NCBI GenBank assembly: GCA_943788175.1
Contig: CALSPG010000001.1
Span: 192,001 to 256,000, forward strand
Direction: 5' to 3'
From: an uncultured bacterium
GTDB lineage: Bacteria > Fidelibacterota > Marinisomatia > Marinisomatales > UBA1611
DNA length: 64,000 nt
A model generated the notes under the pieces. That model was not told the DNA's origin. It did not search any database and was given only the letters and a program-made list of their open reading frames with translations. This document shows, in pieces, positions 43,111-55,057 of the stretch. Within the stretch, counting starts at the first letter, position 1, and each line of letters starts with the position of its first letter. Both the position numbers and the translations under genes were made by a program.

Positions 43111-44093
43111 TTCAAGAAAAATTAATTGAAGTAAAAAACCTTAAAACTTTTTTTAATACAGAAGCAGGTGTTGCTAGGGCTGTAAACAATGTTTCTTTTG
43201 ATATTTTTAAAGGTGAGGTTCTTGGCATTGTTGGCGAATCTGGTTCTGGTAAATCTGTGACTTCAATGTCTATAAATCGTTTAATTCCTAATCCCCCCGG
43301 GGAAATCGTTGGTGGTGAAATCTTTTATAATGGTGTTGATCTATTGAAGTTAAGTTATGAAGAAATGTGTGATATAAGAGGTAAGGATATATCAATGATT
43401 TTTCAGGAACCTATGACATCATTAAATCCTGTTTTGCGTATTCAATCTCAAATGAATGAAATAATAATCAAGCACGATGGTTTGAGTCCTGAATCCGCCA
43501 CTAATAAAAGTATTGAAATGTTAAAAAAAGTAGGTATTCCTGAGCCAGAGAGAAGAATATATGATTATCCGCATCAATTTTCTGGTGGCATGAGACAGCG
43601 AATTATGATAGCTATGGCCTTACAGTGTAATCCGGCATTGTTAATTGCTGATGAACCTACAACTGCACTTGACGTCACAATTCAAGCTCAAATTCTTGAC
43701 CTTATGATGGACTTAAAAGACCATAGAAAAGACTCTGCTATCTTGTTAATTACCCATGATTTAGCAGTAATAGCTGAGACATGTGATCGTGTAATTGTCA
43801 TGTATGGTGGTGTTATTCAAGAAATTGCAACTATTTTTGATCTTTTTAAAAACCCTGTAAACCCTTACACAAAAGCTCTCATGGAGTCTATTCCGAAAAT
43901 GGATCATAACTCTAAACGTTTAAAAGCATTAAAAGGTATGGTTCCCTCTATTTTAGATCTTGGTGACGAATGTAAACTTTGCTCACGATTTGAACCAAGC
44001 GAATGTGCCTGTGGAGGAACAAAAGTAGAACCAGCATTAATAGAGATAAAAAAAGGACATTTTGCCAGAATAAACGAAAAACTTATAAAATGA
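43107..44093 (+). CDS. Peptide ABC ATP-binding protein (OppD-like)
   Basis: [24 protein letters not shown]. Confidence 0.92.
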   Translation: MIQEKLIEVKNLKTFFNTEAGVARAVNNVSFDIFKGEVLGIVGESGSGKSVTSMSINRLIPNPPGEIVGGEIFYNGVDLLKLSYEEMCDIRGKDISMIFQEPMTSLNPVLRIQSQMNEIIIKHDGLSPESATNKSIEMLKKVGIPEPERRIYDYPHQFSGGMRQRIMIAMALQCNPALLIADEPTTALDVTIQAQILDLMMDLKDHRKDSAILLITHDLAVIAETCDRVIVMYGGVIQEIATIFDLFKNPVNPYTKALMESIPKMDHNSKRLKALKGMVPSILDLGDECKLCSRFEPSECACGGTKVEPALIEIKKGHFARINEKLIK

Positions 44094-44960
44094 GTAAGAG
44101 TAATCAGATATTAAAAGTAAGGGACTTGATTGTAGATTTTCCAATTTTCGGTGGAATTATGCAAAAAGAAGTAGATGCAGTTCATGCAGTTCGTAAAGTG
44201 TCCTTTGAATTATTTAAAGGTGAGACTTTAGGCATTGTTGGCGAATCAGGTTCCGGTAAATCCACACTTGGGAATGCAATTTTAAATGTATTGAAAGTTA
44301 ACAGCCCCGGATGTCCATATAAATGGCGAAATATTTTTAAATATTAATGATGAAAGTGTTGATATATTAAATTTAGAAAAAAATAAAATGAAGCAATATC
44401 GCAAACATATTCAAATGATTTTTCAAGATCCTTACTCATCATTGAACCCGCGAATGCTTGTGAAGGATATTGTTAAGGAATCATTAGATATAAATACTAG
44501 TTTAACAGAATCCGAGAAAATGGAAAAGGTTTTTTGGCTTTTAGATAAAGTTGGCTTATCACCAGAACAATCAAGTCGGTATCCTCACGAATTTTCTGGT
44601 GGACAGAGACAAAGAATTGGAATTGCAAGAGCTTTAGCAACAGAACCTGATATTATTATAGCTGATGAACCTGTCTCGGCCTTAGATGTTTCTATCCAAG
44701 CCCAAATCATAAACCTTATGATGGACCTTCAAAAAGAATTTGAACTTTCTATCCTTTTTATTGCGCATGACTTATCTGTCGTGAAGCATATTTCAGACCG
44801 TGTAGGCGTTATGAACTTAGGAGAATTGGTGGAAATAAATAAGACATCTAGCATATTTAATAAACCGAAGCATAGCTACACTAAAGAGCTTTTAAGGGCT
44901 ATCCCAGAACCAGACCCAGTAGGTAGGGAAGATAGAAAAAAGAAAAGGCTATCAATTTAA
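44090..44960 (+). CDS. Peptide ABC ATP-binding protein (OppF-like); indel near 44300
   Basis: ATGA overlap start; GESGSGKST in the first frame, FSGGQRQR and DEPVSALD in the second. Confidence 0.88.
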
Positions 44961-44975
44961 CAAATAGAAGAATAC

Positions 44976-46667
44976 ATGGTATACAAAGATTTTCATTACG
45001 AAAGATTAGAATTAGAGAAAAGTAAAAGCATATTAAATAAAATTATATCTGATTTTAAAAATGCGGTTTCAGCTAAAAAACAGATTGATGCAATCAAAGA
45101 AGTTGACAGCTTTTCAAGGGAATATATGACCTATCAAGCGATGGCCAGTTTGAACTATAGTAGAGATATAAATGATGATTCTGCTAAAAATGAAAAAGAC
45201 TATTATGATTCTATATCTCCCGATATGATAGAGGTTTTTGATAGGTTTGATAAGGCTTTACATCAATCAAATTTCAAGAGTGAAATTGTAGATATGTTCG
45301 GTGAAACTTTTTTGAATCAGATAGAAATTAATCTTAAAACATTCGATTCGAAAATCAAGGATATGTTAAAAGAAGAGATTAAGTTAAAAAATGATTATAC
45401 AAAACTAACTGCGGGAGCTAAAATCGAGTTTGAAGGAAAGGAATACAACCTTGCTGGTTTAGGTCCTTTTCATTCAGATGTAAATCGCTCAGTTAGAAAA
45501 AAATCATATGAAGCACGCTTTGCTTGGTTTAAAAGTAAAGAGGATGAATTAGATAATATCTATGATAAGTTGGTGAAGTTAAGACACAATATTGCTGTTA
45601 CTTTAGGTTATAAAAACTTTATTGAGCTCGGATATTACAGAATGGGTCGTTCTGACTACGGGCCAGGAGAGGTCGCAAATTTTAGAAAGCAGATTGTTGA
45701 ACACGTCGTACCTATTATATCAAAATTAAGCGAACAGAAAAAAGAAATTTTAGATTTAGATCATCTGTATTTTTATGATGGTATAAATTTCAAAGATGGT
45801 GACCCAAAACCAAAGGGGACACCAGACCAATTAGTTGCAGAAGCTAGAACTATGTATCATGAGTTATCTCCTGAGACTGGAGAGTTTTTTGATGTCATGA
45901 TAGATGAAGAACTTATGGACTTGGTCAATAGGGAAGGTAAAAGGCCTGGAGGGTTTTGTACTTCCTTCCCTAAGTATGAGAGGCCTTACATCTTTTCTAA
46001 TTTTAATGGAACAGATCATGACATTACAGTTCTAACGCATGAGGCTGGCCACGCGTTCCAAAATTATTCCAGTTCCAATCAACCTCTAGTTAATTATCAT
46101 TGGCCGACAATGGAAGCAGCAGAAATCCACTCTATGAGTATGGAGTTTTTTACTTGGCCATGGATGAAGAATTTTTTTAAAGAGGATACAGAAAAATTTA
46201 AATATAAACACATTTCTGGAAGTCTTTCTTTCTTGCCTTATGGTGCCTGCGTTGATGATTTTCAACATTGGGTTTATGAAAATCACGATGCTTCTCCAAA
46301 AGAAAGAAAACAAAAATGGCTTGAGCTTGAGAACGTTTATATGCCTCATAGAGATTATGATAATATGATTTTTGCTAGAGACGGTGGAATATGGCAAGGG
46401 CAGCTACATATTTATCAGATGCCTTTTTATTACATTGATTATACTTTAGCTCAGACATGTGCTTTTCAATTTTGGATCAAGAGCGAAACAGATAAAAAAG
46501 CAGCTTGGAATGATTATTTAAAACTATGTTGTGCTGGAGGTAGCCTGTCTTTTACGAAGTTAGTAGAACTTGCTAAATTAAAATCACCATTTAAAGATGG
46601 CTGTCTTGAAGAGGTAGTAGGCTACGTTGATAAATGGTTGAAAAATTTCGACATAAAAAATATGTAG
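44976..46667 (+). CDS. M3 family oligoendopeptidase (PepF-like)
   Basis: GKRPGGFCT, HEAGH, EIHSMSME, PFYYIDY. Confidence 0.92.
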   Translation: MVYKDFHYERLELEKSKSILNKIISDFKNAVSAKKQIDAIKEVDSFSREYMTYQAMASLNYSRDINDDSAKNEKDYYDSISPDMIEVFDRFDKALHQSNFKSEIVDMFGETFLNQIEINLKTFDSKIKDMLKEEIKLKNDYTKLTAGAKIEFEGKEYNLAGLGPFHSDVNRSVRKKSYEARFAWFKSKEDELDNIYDKLVKLRHNIAVTLGYKNFIELGYYRMGRSDYGPGEVANFRKQIVEHVVPIISKLSEQKKEILDLDHLYFYDGINFKDGDPKPKGTPDQLVAEARTMYHELSPETGEFFDVMIDEELMDLVNREGKRPGGFCTSFPKYERPYIFSNFNGTDHDITVLTHEAGHAFQNYSSSNQPLVNYHWPTMEAAEIHSMSMEFFTWPWMKNFFKEDTEKFKYKHISGSLSFLPYGACVDDFQHWVYENHDASPKERKQKWLELENVYMPHRDYDNMIFARDGGIWQGQLHIYQMPFYYIDYTLAQTCAFQFWIKSETDKKAAWNDYLKLCCAGGSLSFTKLVELAKLKSPFKDGCLEEVVGYVDKWLKNFDIKNM

Positions 46668-46738
46668 TCTTTATTGAGATTTTTTGAAATTTTAGTTGTA
46701 TTTAATTTTTGATAAATTTTATGTTCAGTATAGATACA

Positions 46739-47344
46739 ATGAAATATTTTACTATAATTATTATTTTTTATTGCTTTATAACTGCTCAAGATGGTGTCAG
46801 GGTTGCCCCTGAAAAAATATCAAATCGTGTACAAGTAATTGTAAGTGGTAACCACCCAGACGCAATAAATAACGAATCTACAATAATTTTTGATAATTCT
46901 AAAAATATTGATTTAAGAAGTAATAATAGGCCAATTAAAAATACGGTACCTCAAAGCGATACTGAGGAAGAATTATTTTTGCCAAATGAAGTTATGCCCA
47001 CACTGTCAACTGAAGAATTAAAACTAGTGGATTTGCAAAAAACTGAAACCCAAATTAATCAAAAATCAAAAATATTATCAGATGATTATATATCATCTTT
47101 TAGTGTAGTAAAAAGTGGCCCTATTTATGATGGTTCTAGGACACAAAACCTTTTATTAATGAAAGCATTATCTATCAAACCTGGCTGGAGTAATAATGCC
47201 AAATGGCCAGATGGTACAGATGTAGATGATTATTCTATTGTAGACTGGATTAAATACGGCAAAGGCAAAGTAATAGGAATAGGAAATGATGCATCCAAAG
47301 AAGCTAGATCATATCTCTTTGATAAATATGTTAAATCAAAATAG
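46739..47344 (+). CDS. Hypothetical secreted protein
   Basis: Signal peptide MKYFTIIIIFYCFITA; no family recognised. Confidence 0.55.
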   Translation: MKYFTIIIIFYCFITAQDGVRVAPEKISNRVQVIVSGNHPDAINNESTIIFDNSKNIDLRSNNRPIKNTVPQSDTEEELFLPNEVMPTLSTEELKLVDLQKTETQINQKSKILSDDYISSFSVVKSGPIYDGSRTQNLLLMKALSIKPGWSNNAKWPDGTDVDDYSIVDWIKYGKGKVIGIGNDASKEARSYLFDKYVKSK

Positions 47345-47402
47345 CACTTCAAGAATTACCTCTTTTTTTGATTTTTTTTTAATTATTATGAAATAGTTAA
47401 CA

Positions 47403-48202
47403 TTGAAAATTAATTTATTCAAATTTTTAATATTCTTTTTCTTTTTAAATATTTGCTTTGGACAAAAAACATACATTCGATCCTCATTGCCATCTAGAGG
47501 AGGCTTGGTTTTTAATCCAGACAACGGAAGACCATTTAGTAATCTAGCCATTGAATACTTTGATAATGGCCGTATAAAAACGAAAGGAAGGTATTCAGGT
47601 GGTTATGCTAGCGGCTACTGGGTGTATTATTATCCAAATGGACAATTAAAATCGAGGGGACGGTACTACATGGCTTCTGATCCGAAACTAAATGGAATAA
47701 TAGAAAATGGTCGCGCTGGGAAAGTGGGTTTTTTGGCATAGTAATGGCTCTAAGAAAGATGATGGGTTCTTACAAAAACAGTCAACAAGTTGGGGCCTGG
47801 ACATTCTGGCATCAGAATGGATTTAAGCATTCTGAGGGAAGGTACAGACAGGGAAAATTGCATGGAAAATGGAAGTTCTGGTATGCAAACGGAAACACAC
47901 AAGAGAGTGGGAATTATATTTTAGGCTTAATTGATGGTGAATGGCTTTTTTGGGATACATTAGGACAGCTTATTGAAAGTGGTAGATATCAAAATGGGAG
48001 ACCAATCGGTGAACATAATGGTTGGTATGGCTCTGGTGGCAGAAAATGGAAATTGAATTATCAATTTGGGAAGATTCATGGACCATATACATCTTGGCAC
48101 GAAAATGGTGAACCAGAAAAATCAGGAGACTATATATCAGGGGAAAAGTATGGCGCTTGGAATTACTGGGATATCAACGGTAAAAAATTAATTAATAATT
48201 AA
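47403..48202 (+). CDS. MORN/YwqK-type repeat protein; indels near 47720-47745
   Basis: Repeated G.W..W..NG motifs across two ORFs. Confidence 0.75.
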
Positions 48203-48210
48203 TTATTAAT
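48191..48210. repeat. Perfect 20-bp AT-only palindrome between convergent genes
   Basis: ATTAATAATTAATTATTAAT. Confidence 0.6.
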
Positions 48211-48218
48211 ATACAGGG

Positions 48219-49351
48219 TCATTCTTTTAATACTATAGGTCTCCAATTTTTCCAGTCTAAGGGTCGATAGGGTAGTTTTTCAAACCATTCTTTTTTCAGC
48301 TTATTTATATAGGGTTTGATGTTTAGCGGTACGTCATCAATGGGGCTTCCCACTCCTTTAAAGTATATTAACCTTGTTTCATAAGGTAAGCGATACGTTA
48401 AATCGAAAAACGCAATTAGATGGACTCTGTTTCGCTGTATTCAGGTAAAATTATGCCACCTCCGCAACTGACGCAGTTTTCTAAAAAATTATCTAACATG
48501 ATAGGGTAATTAGGCGATTTTGTCCAGATTGAATCAGGTCGGTCTGTGTATATGTAGTATTTAGGCTCTATAATATTGATGGGCCCAAAATCAACATCTA
48601 AAATTTTCTGATTTTTATAGTTTTCATCAAAACTATAGTTAAATGTCATCTCATAATGATTTCTAAAAAAAATAATTTTTTCGAAAGTGATCTGTGGTGT
48701 TTTATCATCCTGGATAGATAACAGTCTATCCGTTATATAAGTAGTCCCTTTTCTTTGATATTCCTCATTCGGGAAAACGGTGTGTTTAGCTGAACCGTTC
48801 ATTATTTCAGTTTTTATTTTATTTTGCTCATGTCTGTTTAGTGTATGTGGCCAAAATGTTAAGAAATCTTTTATATCTGTTGTATCTTCAATTACTTTAC
48901 CCCAAAAGTCGTCCAACGCATTTTGTTTTGAAATTTTTACTAACGTATCAGAGACACCATGGGTCCAAGCCCAGCTTGATTCGTGGTCACCTATAGCTTC
49001 TATTCTTGCTTTTCTTACGCGTTTGTTTGCGGTGTTTTGCATGTAAGTCATCATAGAAAAAAATAAAAAAACAAAAACTATAATAATTATATATCTATCA
49101 TATGATTCTTCTTTGTTTTTTAATAGAACAAGAAAATTCCAATTAGCTTTTATAAAATCATATGCCTTATGAGCTTTTTCTATTTTTTTACTCGCTAATA
49201 ACTTTTCATCGATAGTTTCAAAGTTGTCTAATTTCCAATACTTTAAATACTTTTGGTACTTTCTATATAATTCAAGTTTAGAGCATTTGTGGTTGAGACC
49301 AAAATACTCCAGTTCTTTTTTAAGAGTAACTATTGTCTTTTCTAGGTCCAT
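48219..49351 (-). CDS. Membrane protein with degenerate J-domain-like N-terminus; probable indel near 48420
   Basis: LEYFGL...YQKYLKYWKLDNF...AYDFIK, one TM, CVSC; another frame (LIAFFDLTYRLP...WRPIVLKE) stays open to TGA at 48219. Confidence 0.55.
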
Positions 49352-49474
49352 TATAGTGCAACTCTAATGCTCGATACTCCAGATATACTTGTTAGAAATA
49401 AGGTCATAAATACAAATGAAATTAAATAATAATTATTTGGTTAGAGCTAATAAAATTTTCTTTTAATTTATTGT

Positions 49475-50866
49475 ATGTTAATTCGCCTATTTTTCGGAAT
49501 CTCATTATTTCTTTTATCTAGTTGCTCAAATATTAGTAACGAATCAGAATTAGAATTAAAAAGAGGTCTTTTCTATAATACTTCCAATGGAAAGCCTTTC
49601 TCCGGTAAAGTATATAAATTATATAATAATGGTTCTAAAATGCGAGAGGCGCAATTTGATATAGGTGCTATTGAAGGTTCATACACTTATTATGATAACG
49701 AAGGCTCGATAATTTATCCAGCAGACGAGGCTTCATTAGATTTTAGAGATGGGAAAAAATATTTTGCAAATTCTGATAAAGAATTCTGGGGTTTAGCCTT
49801 TGGAACTTATCAAAGCGGAGAAACTTCTTTCGAAGTGCTTTATGAAAATGGCAAGGTAGTTGGAGATTATGTTTACTTTAACCGAGACGGTTCTATCAAG
49901 TCCCCTATCTTTACGTCATTATTGATTCGTCGCGGAGATGTCTTATATCAAGAAAGTTCACCAGAACCTTACACGGGTCCTGTATTTGATCTGTGGGAAA
50001 ATGGAAATAAAATGTTGGAGGGCTCCTACAAAAATTCTGTTAAGGACGGTAGGTGGATGGAGTGGTTTGATAATGGTCAGCCAGAGAAGACAGTACAACT
50101 ATCGTTACGGACTTCGTCATGGCTATTGGGCTGAATGGCACAGCAACGGCTTGCTCTCTATTGAAGGTAGCTATACGTTGACGGTAAAGAGGATGGCACC
50201 TGGACATATCTGGTACCCTTCCGGCCAAAAAGAAAAGATAATCATGCAAAAAGAAGGTTGGTGGAATGGAAGGATCTCAAAAATGGTTCTTAAATGGCCA
50301 AATGATGGAAGATATAAGCTATAAAGACCAAATGCCTGTAGGCAAATGGCAATATTGGTTTGAAAATGGTCAACTAAAAGGAAGAAAGAAACTATGAGAA
50401 TGGTTTGCCCTCCGGAAGCTGGACTCAGTATTATAACAATGGATTTATGAAACATAAAATCAACTACTTGTACTAGGCAAGGAAGATGGTACGTGGGTCT
50501 ATTGGTATAACAACGGCCAAAAAAAGGAAGAAAAAAACTTTATCAATGGAAAAAAAGAAGGTAAGTGGCAAAGTTGGTTTGCCAATGGCGCCAAAAAAGA
50601 AGTGAGATACTTTTGCTGGTAATTTAAAAAGTGGAGTGTGGAGAGAATGGTATGACCTCCAGCCCAGAGAAGAAAGACGATATGTGAACGGTAAATTAGA
50701 TGGGCCTAGAAAAAAATGGTATTCCAATGGTAAGTTAAAAGAAGAGGGTAATTATAAAGAGGGTAAAGAGAACGGAAGATGGACCTACTATCTTGAAGAT
50801 GGCGCTATTGAAACATCCTATGATATTAAAGGTAACTTTTTATCGCGAATTAATGTTGATGACTAA
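49475..50866 (+). CDS. MORN/YwqK-type repeat lipoprotein, heavily frameshifted at 50100-50630
   Basis: LSSC lipobox, PFSGKV, repeated W..W..NG units spread over several frames. Confidence 0.65.
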
Positions 50867-50953
50867 AAAAACTAAAAATAGTTCGGATTGCCACTTATAA
50901 AAAATGTACTTAAGTTAAAAAGCATCTGTTTTAAACAATTACATAGAATAATC

Positions 50954-52094
50954 ATGAAAAAAATCTTTTATTTACTCAATATTATTATCCTTCGCCTCTG
51001 CTCAACAAGGGCTCAACTTGGAAGAGCTTGAATCAGATGATAACGGGACCCTAATGTATCCTTACTCTGGGAAAGTATTTGAATACTGGCCTAATGGGGA
51101 TTTAAAGGTTAGAGGTAGACTTAGAAATGGTTTAAGAAATGGTAAATGGGAATATTATCACACAAATGGATCAAAGATGGCTGCTGGTAAGTATTTCGAT
51201 GGCAATGGTTCTAAAATCGATCCTGAAACTAAGATTCCCATGCAGGGTTTTGTAGGTAATTGGACGTTCTACTATAAAACAGGGCAGCAATGGCAAGAAG
51301 GCAGCTGGAAAGACGGTATACCATCAGGAGAACATGTAAAATGGTATCCTAATGGAAATACTAAAACTATTCTAACATATGAGAGCGGAGAGCTTCAGGG
51401 GCCTATAACTAAATGGTTTGAAGATGGTCAAGTAAAAGAAGAGGCGTTTTACAACTTTGGTAAGCTAGATAGTTCTTACTCAACCTGGTATTCAAATGGC
51501 AGCAAAAAAGAAGAGGGTGATTACTTTCGAGGCATTCAAAATGGACATTGGACATTTTGGCACGAAAATGGAGAGCTAAAGCGAGATGGTAGTTATTCAA
51601 ATGGTGAAATGGATGGTATCTGGGTGGAATATGCAGCTGATGGAAATAGTATCCAGCGAAGTAGGTACAATGAGGGGTTGTTTCTATATGACTTGCATTG
51701 GGGGCCGAAAGAGCTTTACACAAGGTCACAAAAGCTTAGAAAAAAGAATATAGAGTCTTCAATTTTAGTTTTAGACAACATTGTCAATTCATTCAAAGAA
51801 AGTAAGTATGCCACTCGATCTCAATTTTTAAAAGCCGAAATTTATATGAATGATTTAAAAGATTTTAATGCTGCAATTAGGGAATATAAAGCAGTAGTTA
51901 AATTGTTTCCCACCTCTGCGCAGGCCCAAGACTCACAATATATGGTTTCTTATATCTATGGTAGTGTATTAGATAATAAAAAGCAGGCTAAAAAAGAATA
52001 CAAATCTTTCCTTAAAAAGTATCCTAGTAGTAGGCTTGTATCCGCAGTGAGATTAGAATTGAAACAGCTTAATAGTAGGATGGCTAGAAAATAG
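50954..52094 (+). CDS. MORN repeat protein with C-terminal TPR/BamD-like domain; indel in the signal region
   Basis: ATG 50954 plus A7 run; MORN units, then AQDSQYMVSYIY and FLKKYPSS TPR-like helices. Confidence 0.75.
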
Positions 52095-52099
52095 TTTAT

Positions 52100-53422
52100 T
52101 TAGTCTAAACCAATAATTGTTGGTTTATTTACGGGCCCAGTTAGTTTTAAGACAATCACAGGTCCTTCTCTGTTTAAATTTTTATCATTCTCTATTTCCC
52201 ATTCTCTTATAATATCTCTTACGCCATATGATATCGGATTAATTCTAATTTCAGTATCAAATAAATCCAATGAACTAAAATCTTTTTTTCTAGTATCAAA
52301 TGAAAATTGCCCACTAATATTAATTTTTAAAAATGGACTATCAAATAATGCTTCAATTATTCCAAATTCATTATCATAAAATCGAAAATTAAAATCTGCT
52401 CTTCTAATACGTAATAAACCATTCCTGGCACCAAGTTCAAGCATTAAGAAGTTTATAGTCTCATCGTTAGTAATAGACGGTGGTATTTTAAACTCAAGGT
52501 TTTTGATTGAAAAATCACCACTGCCATTCTGAAAATTTGGATAGCCTTCCGTATCTAAAACTTGGAAAGATAAATTATTTATATTTAGGATTATATCGTT
52601 TATTTTGAAATTAGTTTGTTCGAAAATATCATTATTAGGGATGGCTGTTACTGACAATCCTTTAAGTGTGAATTTTCCATATTTTTGAAAATACTCAATA
52701 CTAGAACTTTTTGGAGATAAACCAATATTAATATCTGAAAGTAGCGACTGTTCAATTTCATTTATATTAAATCTAAAAGACCAGTTTGTACTGTCTTTAG
52801 GAAAATTATCAGATTCTTTGTTGGTTATTTTTTTCGTTTCCCAGTTTAAAGAAATATATTTTTCTTGTTTTTTGTGGCTTGAAGTTGTTCGCGCATCAAT
52901 ACTAATTGGTAATGACATAGTGTAGTTCCATTCATTATTGCTAAATGGATATTTGTCGGGTCTTATCAAAGACTCGATAACTAAGTCATTATAATTTTTT
53001 GGATATTTTTCATTTTTTTGGAAATAAGCTTCGGTTGCTTTTTCTAAAACTTCAAAAGCATCCATCGGTGTTTCATACCGTTTATCTGAAAGATCAGTTA
53101 ATATTAAGTTGTAAAAATTCGCTAATTTGTAGTTGGTTATTAATTCAAAATGATCAAGCAATAAGCCAGGTCCATTAATCACTATTCCTATTGATTCATC
53201 ATTTATATTTTTTATTGCTATATCATCAAAACCAAATTTTAAAGATTGTATTGAGAGTTGTGCATTCTCAAGGCTGTCTTTTGATATATTAGTAGCTATT
53301 TTAAATTTATTAAGTTGAAAATATAATTGTTCTAATGATGCTGTCGCATCAATATAATTTTGGCTTTTTATACTTTGCCCTATAATTAAGACAATAAAAA
53401 TGCATTTTGTTAAAATTTTCAT
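52100..53422 (-). CDS. Hypothetical exported protein
   Basis: Long ORF; signal-like MKILTKCIFIVLIIGQS from ATG 53422. Confidence 0.6.
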   Translation of the reverse strand: MKILTKCIFIVLIIGQSIKSQNYIDATASLEQLYFQLNKFKIATNISKDSLENAQLSIQSLKFGFDDIAIKNINDESIGIVINGPGLLLDHFELITNYKLANFYNLILTDLSDKRYETPMDAFEVLEKATEAYFQKNEKYPKNYNDLVIESLIRPDKYPFSNNEWNYTMSLPISIDARTTSSHKKQEKYISLNWETKKITNKESDNFPKDSTNWSFRFNINEIEQSLLSDINIGLSPKSSSIEYFQKYGKFTLKGLSVTAIPNNDIFEQTNFKINDIILNINNLSFQVLDTEGYPNFQNGSGDFSIKNLEFKIPPSITNDETINFLMLELGARNGLLRIRRADFNFRFYDNEFGIIEALFDSPFLKINISGQFSFDTRKKDFSSLDLFDTEIRINPISYGVRDIIREWEIENDKNLNREGPVIVLKLTGPVNKPTIIGLD

Positions 53423-53501
53423 ATTTTTATTAATTTGTTGTATACATAATTTATGTAGTGAGTCAATTTGATAAACTATTTTTTTCGAATACTTTAATTT
53501 T

Positions 53502-53831
53502 ATGAAAAAACGACAAAACATTGTGTTCTCTACGGATGAAAATTTTTTTCATGATAAAAATGAATCTATAGAACCTATTAATGTGGCTGCAAATGAACAA
53601 AATCTGAAAATCAGTTTAAAAAGGCTACCTGGTAATAGGATATTAACGATTATTAATGGTTTAAAAGGAGACGCCTTAAGCTTTAATGCTTTATCAAAAG
53701 ATCTTAAAAAGGCTTGTGGTGTCGGCGGATCGGTAAAAAATAGACAAATCTTAATCCAAGGAAATCATAGGGAAAAAATAATAAAAATTTTAGATGAAAG
53801 AGGCTTTAAAGTAAAGGCCAGTGGAGGTTAA
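53502..53831 (+). CDS. yciH: Translation initiation factor SUI1/YciH
   Basis: LKKACGVGGSVK, IQGNHR. Confidence 0.9.
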   Translation: MKKRQNIVFSTDENFFHDKNESIEPINVAANEQNLKISLKRLPGNRILTIINGLKGDALSFNALSKDLKKACGVGGSVKNRQILIQGNHREKIIKILDERGFKVKASGG

Positions 53832-53840
53832 ATTTATAAC

Positions 53841-55013
53841 ATGAAATTTTTTAATTTAATTACATTTATAGTTTTAAGTGTCATGTCATTTTCTTCGTGC
53901 GATAAATCGTTAAAACTATCAAAAATAAAAATGGTGCTAACTGGGAGTGTTCATGGCCAGTTAGATCCTTGTGGCTGAAAGAAAAATCCTCTAGGCGGTC
54001 TGTCTAGAAAATTAATGGTATTAAAAGATATGCGTAAGAATGGTGAAAGCCCTCTAGTTCTTGATGCCGGCGATATGTTCTTTAGTAAAACTAGCATTAA
54101 CATTAATAATATTAAATCAGAGCAGCATAGGTGCGAAACTATGTTAAAAGGCTACGAGAAAATTGGCATTGACGCTCAAAATGTTGGTAAGTATGAACTT
54201 TTAGCTGGGTTATTATATCTGAAAAAAATGGAGAAAAAGTTCAGTAATATTCCATTTATTTCTGCAAATATAAAAAGTGCTGCGACAGGCGAGTTATTAT
54301 TTAAGCCATACCGTGTCGTAAGTAAAGATGGTCTTAACATAGGTGTTTTGGGTTTAACTAATATGGTTCCTGATACGATGCGCTCTGTTGTCATGGATGA
54401 CTACATAAATACAGGAATTAAATACATTAAAGAATTGAAAAATAAAGTTGACCTTATTGTTTTGCTTGTTAATGCAGATAGAACTTCCCAGGCTTCTTTA
54501 TCAAAACATTTTAGCGATGCGGATTTTATTTTTACAAGCGGTAGTACTCATAGAACTAGCTCATCAATGACTCAAAATAAGAATGGTCCTTTTTTATATT
54601 CTAATGGAAAACAAGGTAAATACCTATCGATAATTGATCTTGAGATTAAAAATGTCAAGGGACCCATTGCTGATCTTTCAGCTCCAGAACAAAAAGTAAA
54701 ACAACTTAATAATAGGCTGAAAAGATTGCAGAAAAAAGATCCAAATAGTTCTCTTGAAAAAATTTATGCTGGTAAAGATAATATCTTAAACCTAATCAAA
54801 CGCTATAAAAACGACCTTAAAACAGCAGAAACTGCTATTGAAAATGCTTCAAATAAAATGAGATACACTAGTTTCGCGTTAAATAGAAAAATAAAAGATG
54901 ACCCTGAAATGTTAACAATGGTTAATCTTGCTGTCGAAAAATGTAAATCGTTAGAATTGAATAATAATAGTTTTGAAAAAAGTAATTCTCACGGGCACAA
55001 CCATAGCCATTAA
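53841..55013 (+). CDS. UshA-like (5'-nucleotidase fold) selenoprotein lipoprotein, 390 aa, Sec at codon 46
   Basis: ATG 53841 gives a lipoprotein signal (FSSC), then HGQLDPCG-TGA-KKNPLGGLSRK in frame with the 54015 ORF; SECIS-like hairpin follows. Confidence 0.88.
53990..54008 (+). promoter_or_regulatory. Bacterial SECIS-like hairpin
   Basis: Stem TCTAGGC/GTCTAGA (7 bp, one G-U); loop GGTCT starts with G, 18 nt after the TGA. Confidence 0.75.
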
Positions 55014-55057
55014 TTTTTTTAAAAGGTTTAATATTATCAAATTTTAATTTTGAATTA

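Noticed and set aside
53976-53978. TGA as Trp/Gly (alternative genetic code)
   Set aside because: TGA terminates many genes here (ATGA overlaps) and Trp is encoded by TGG
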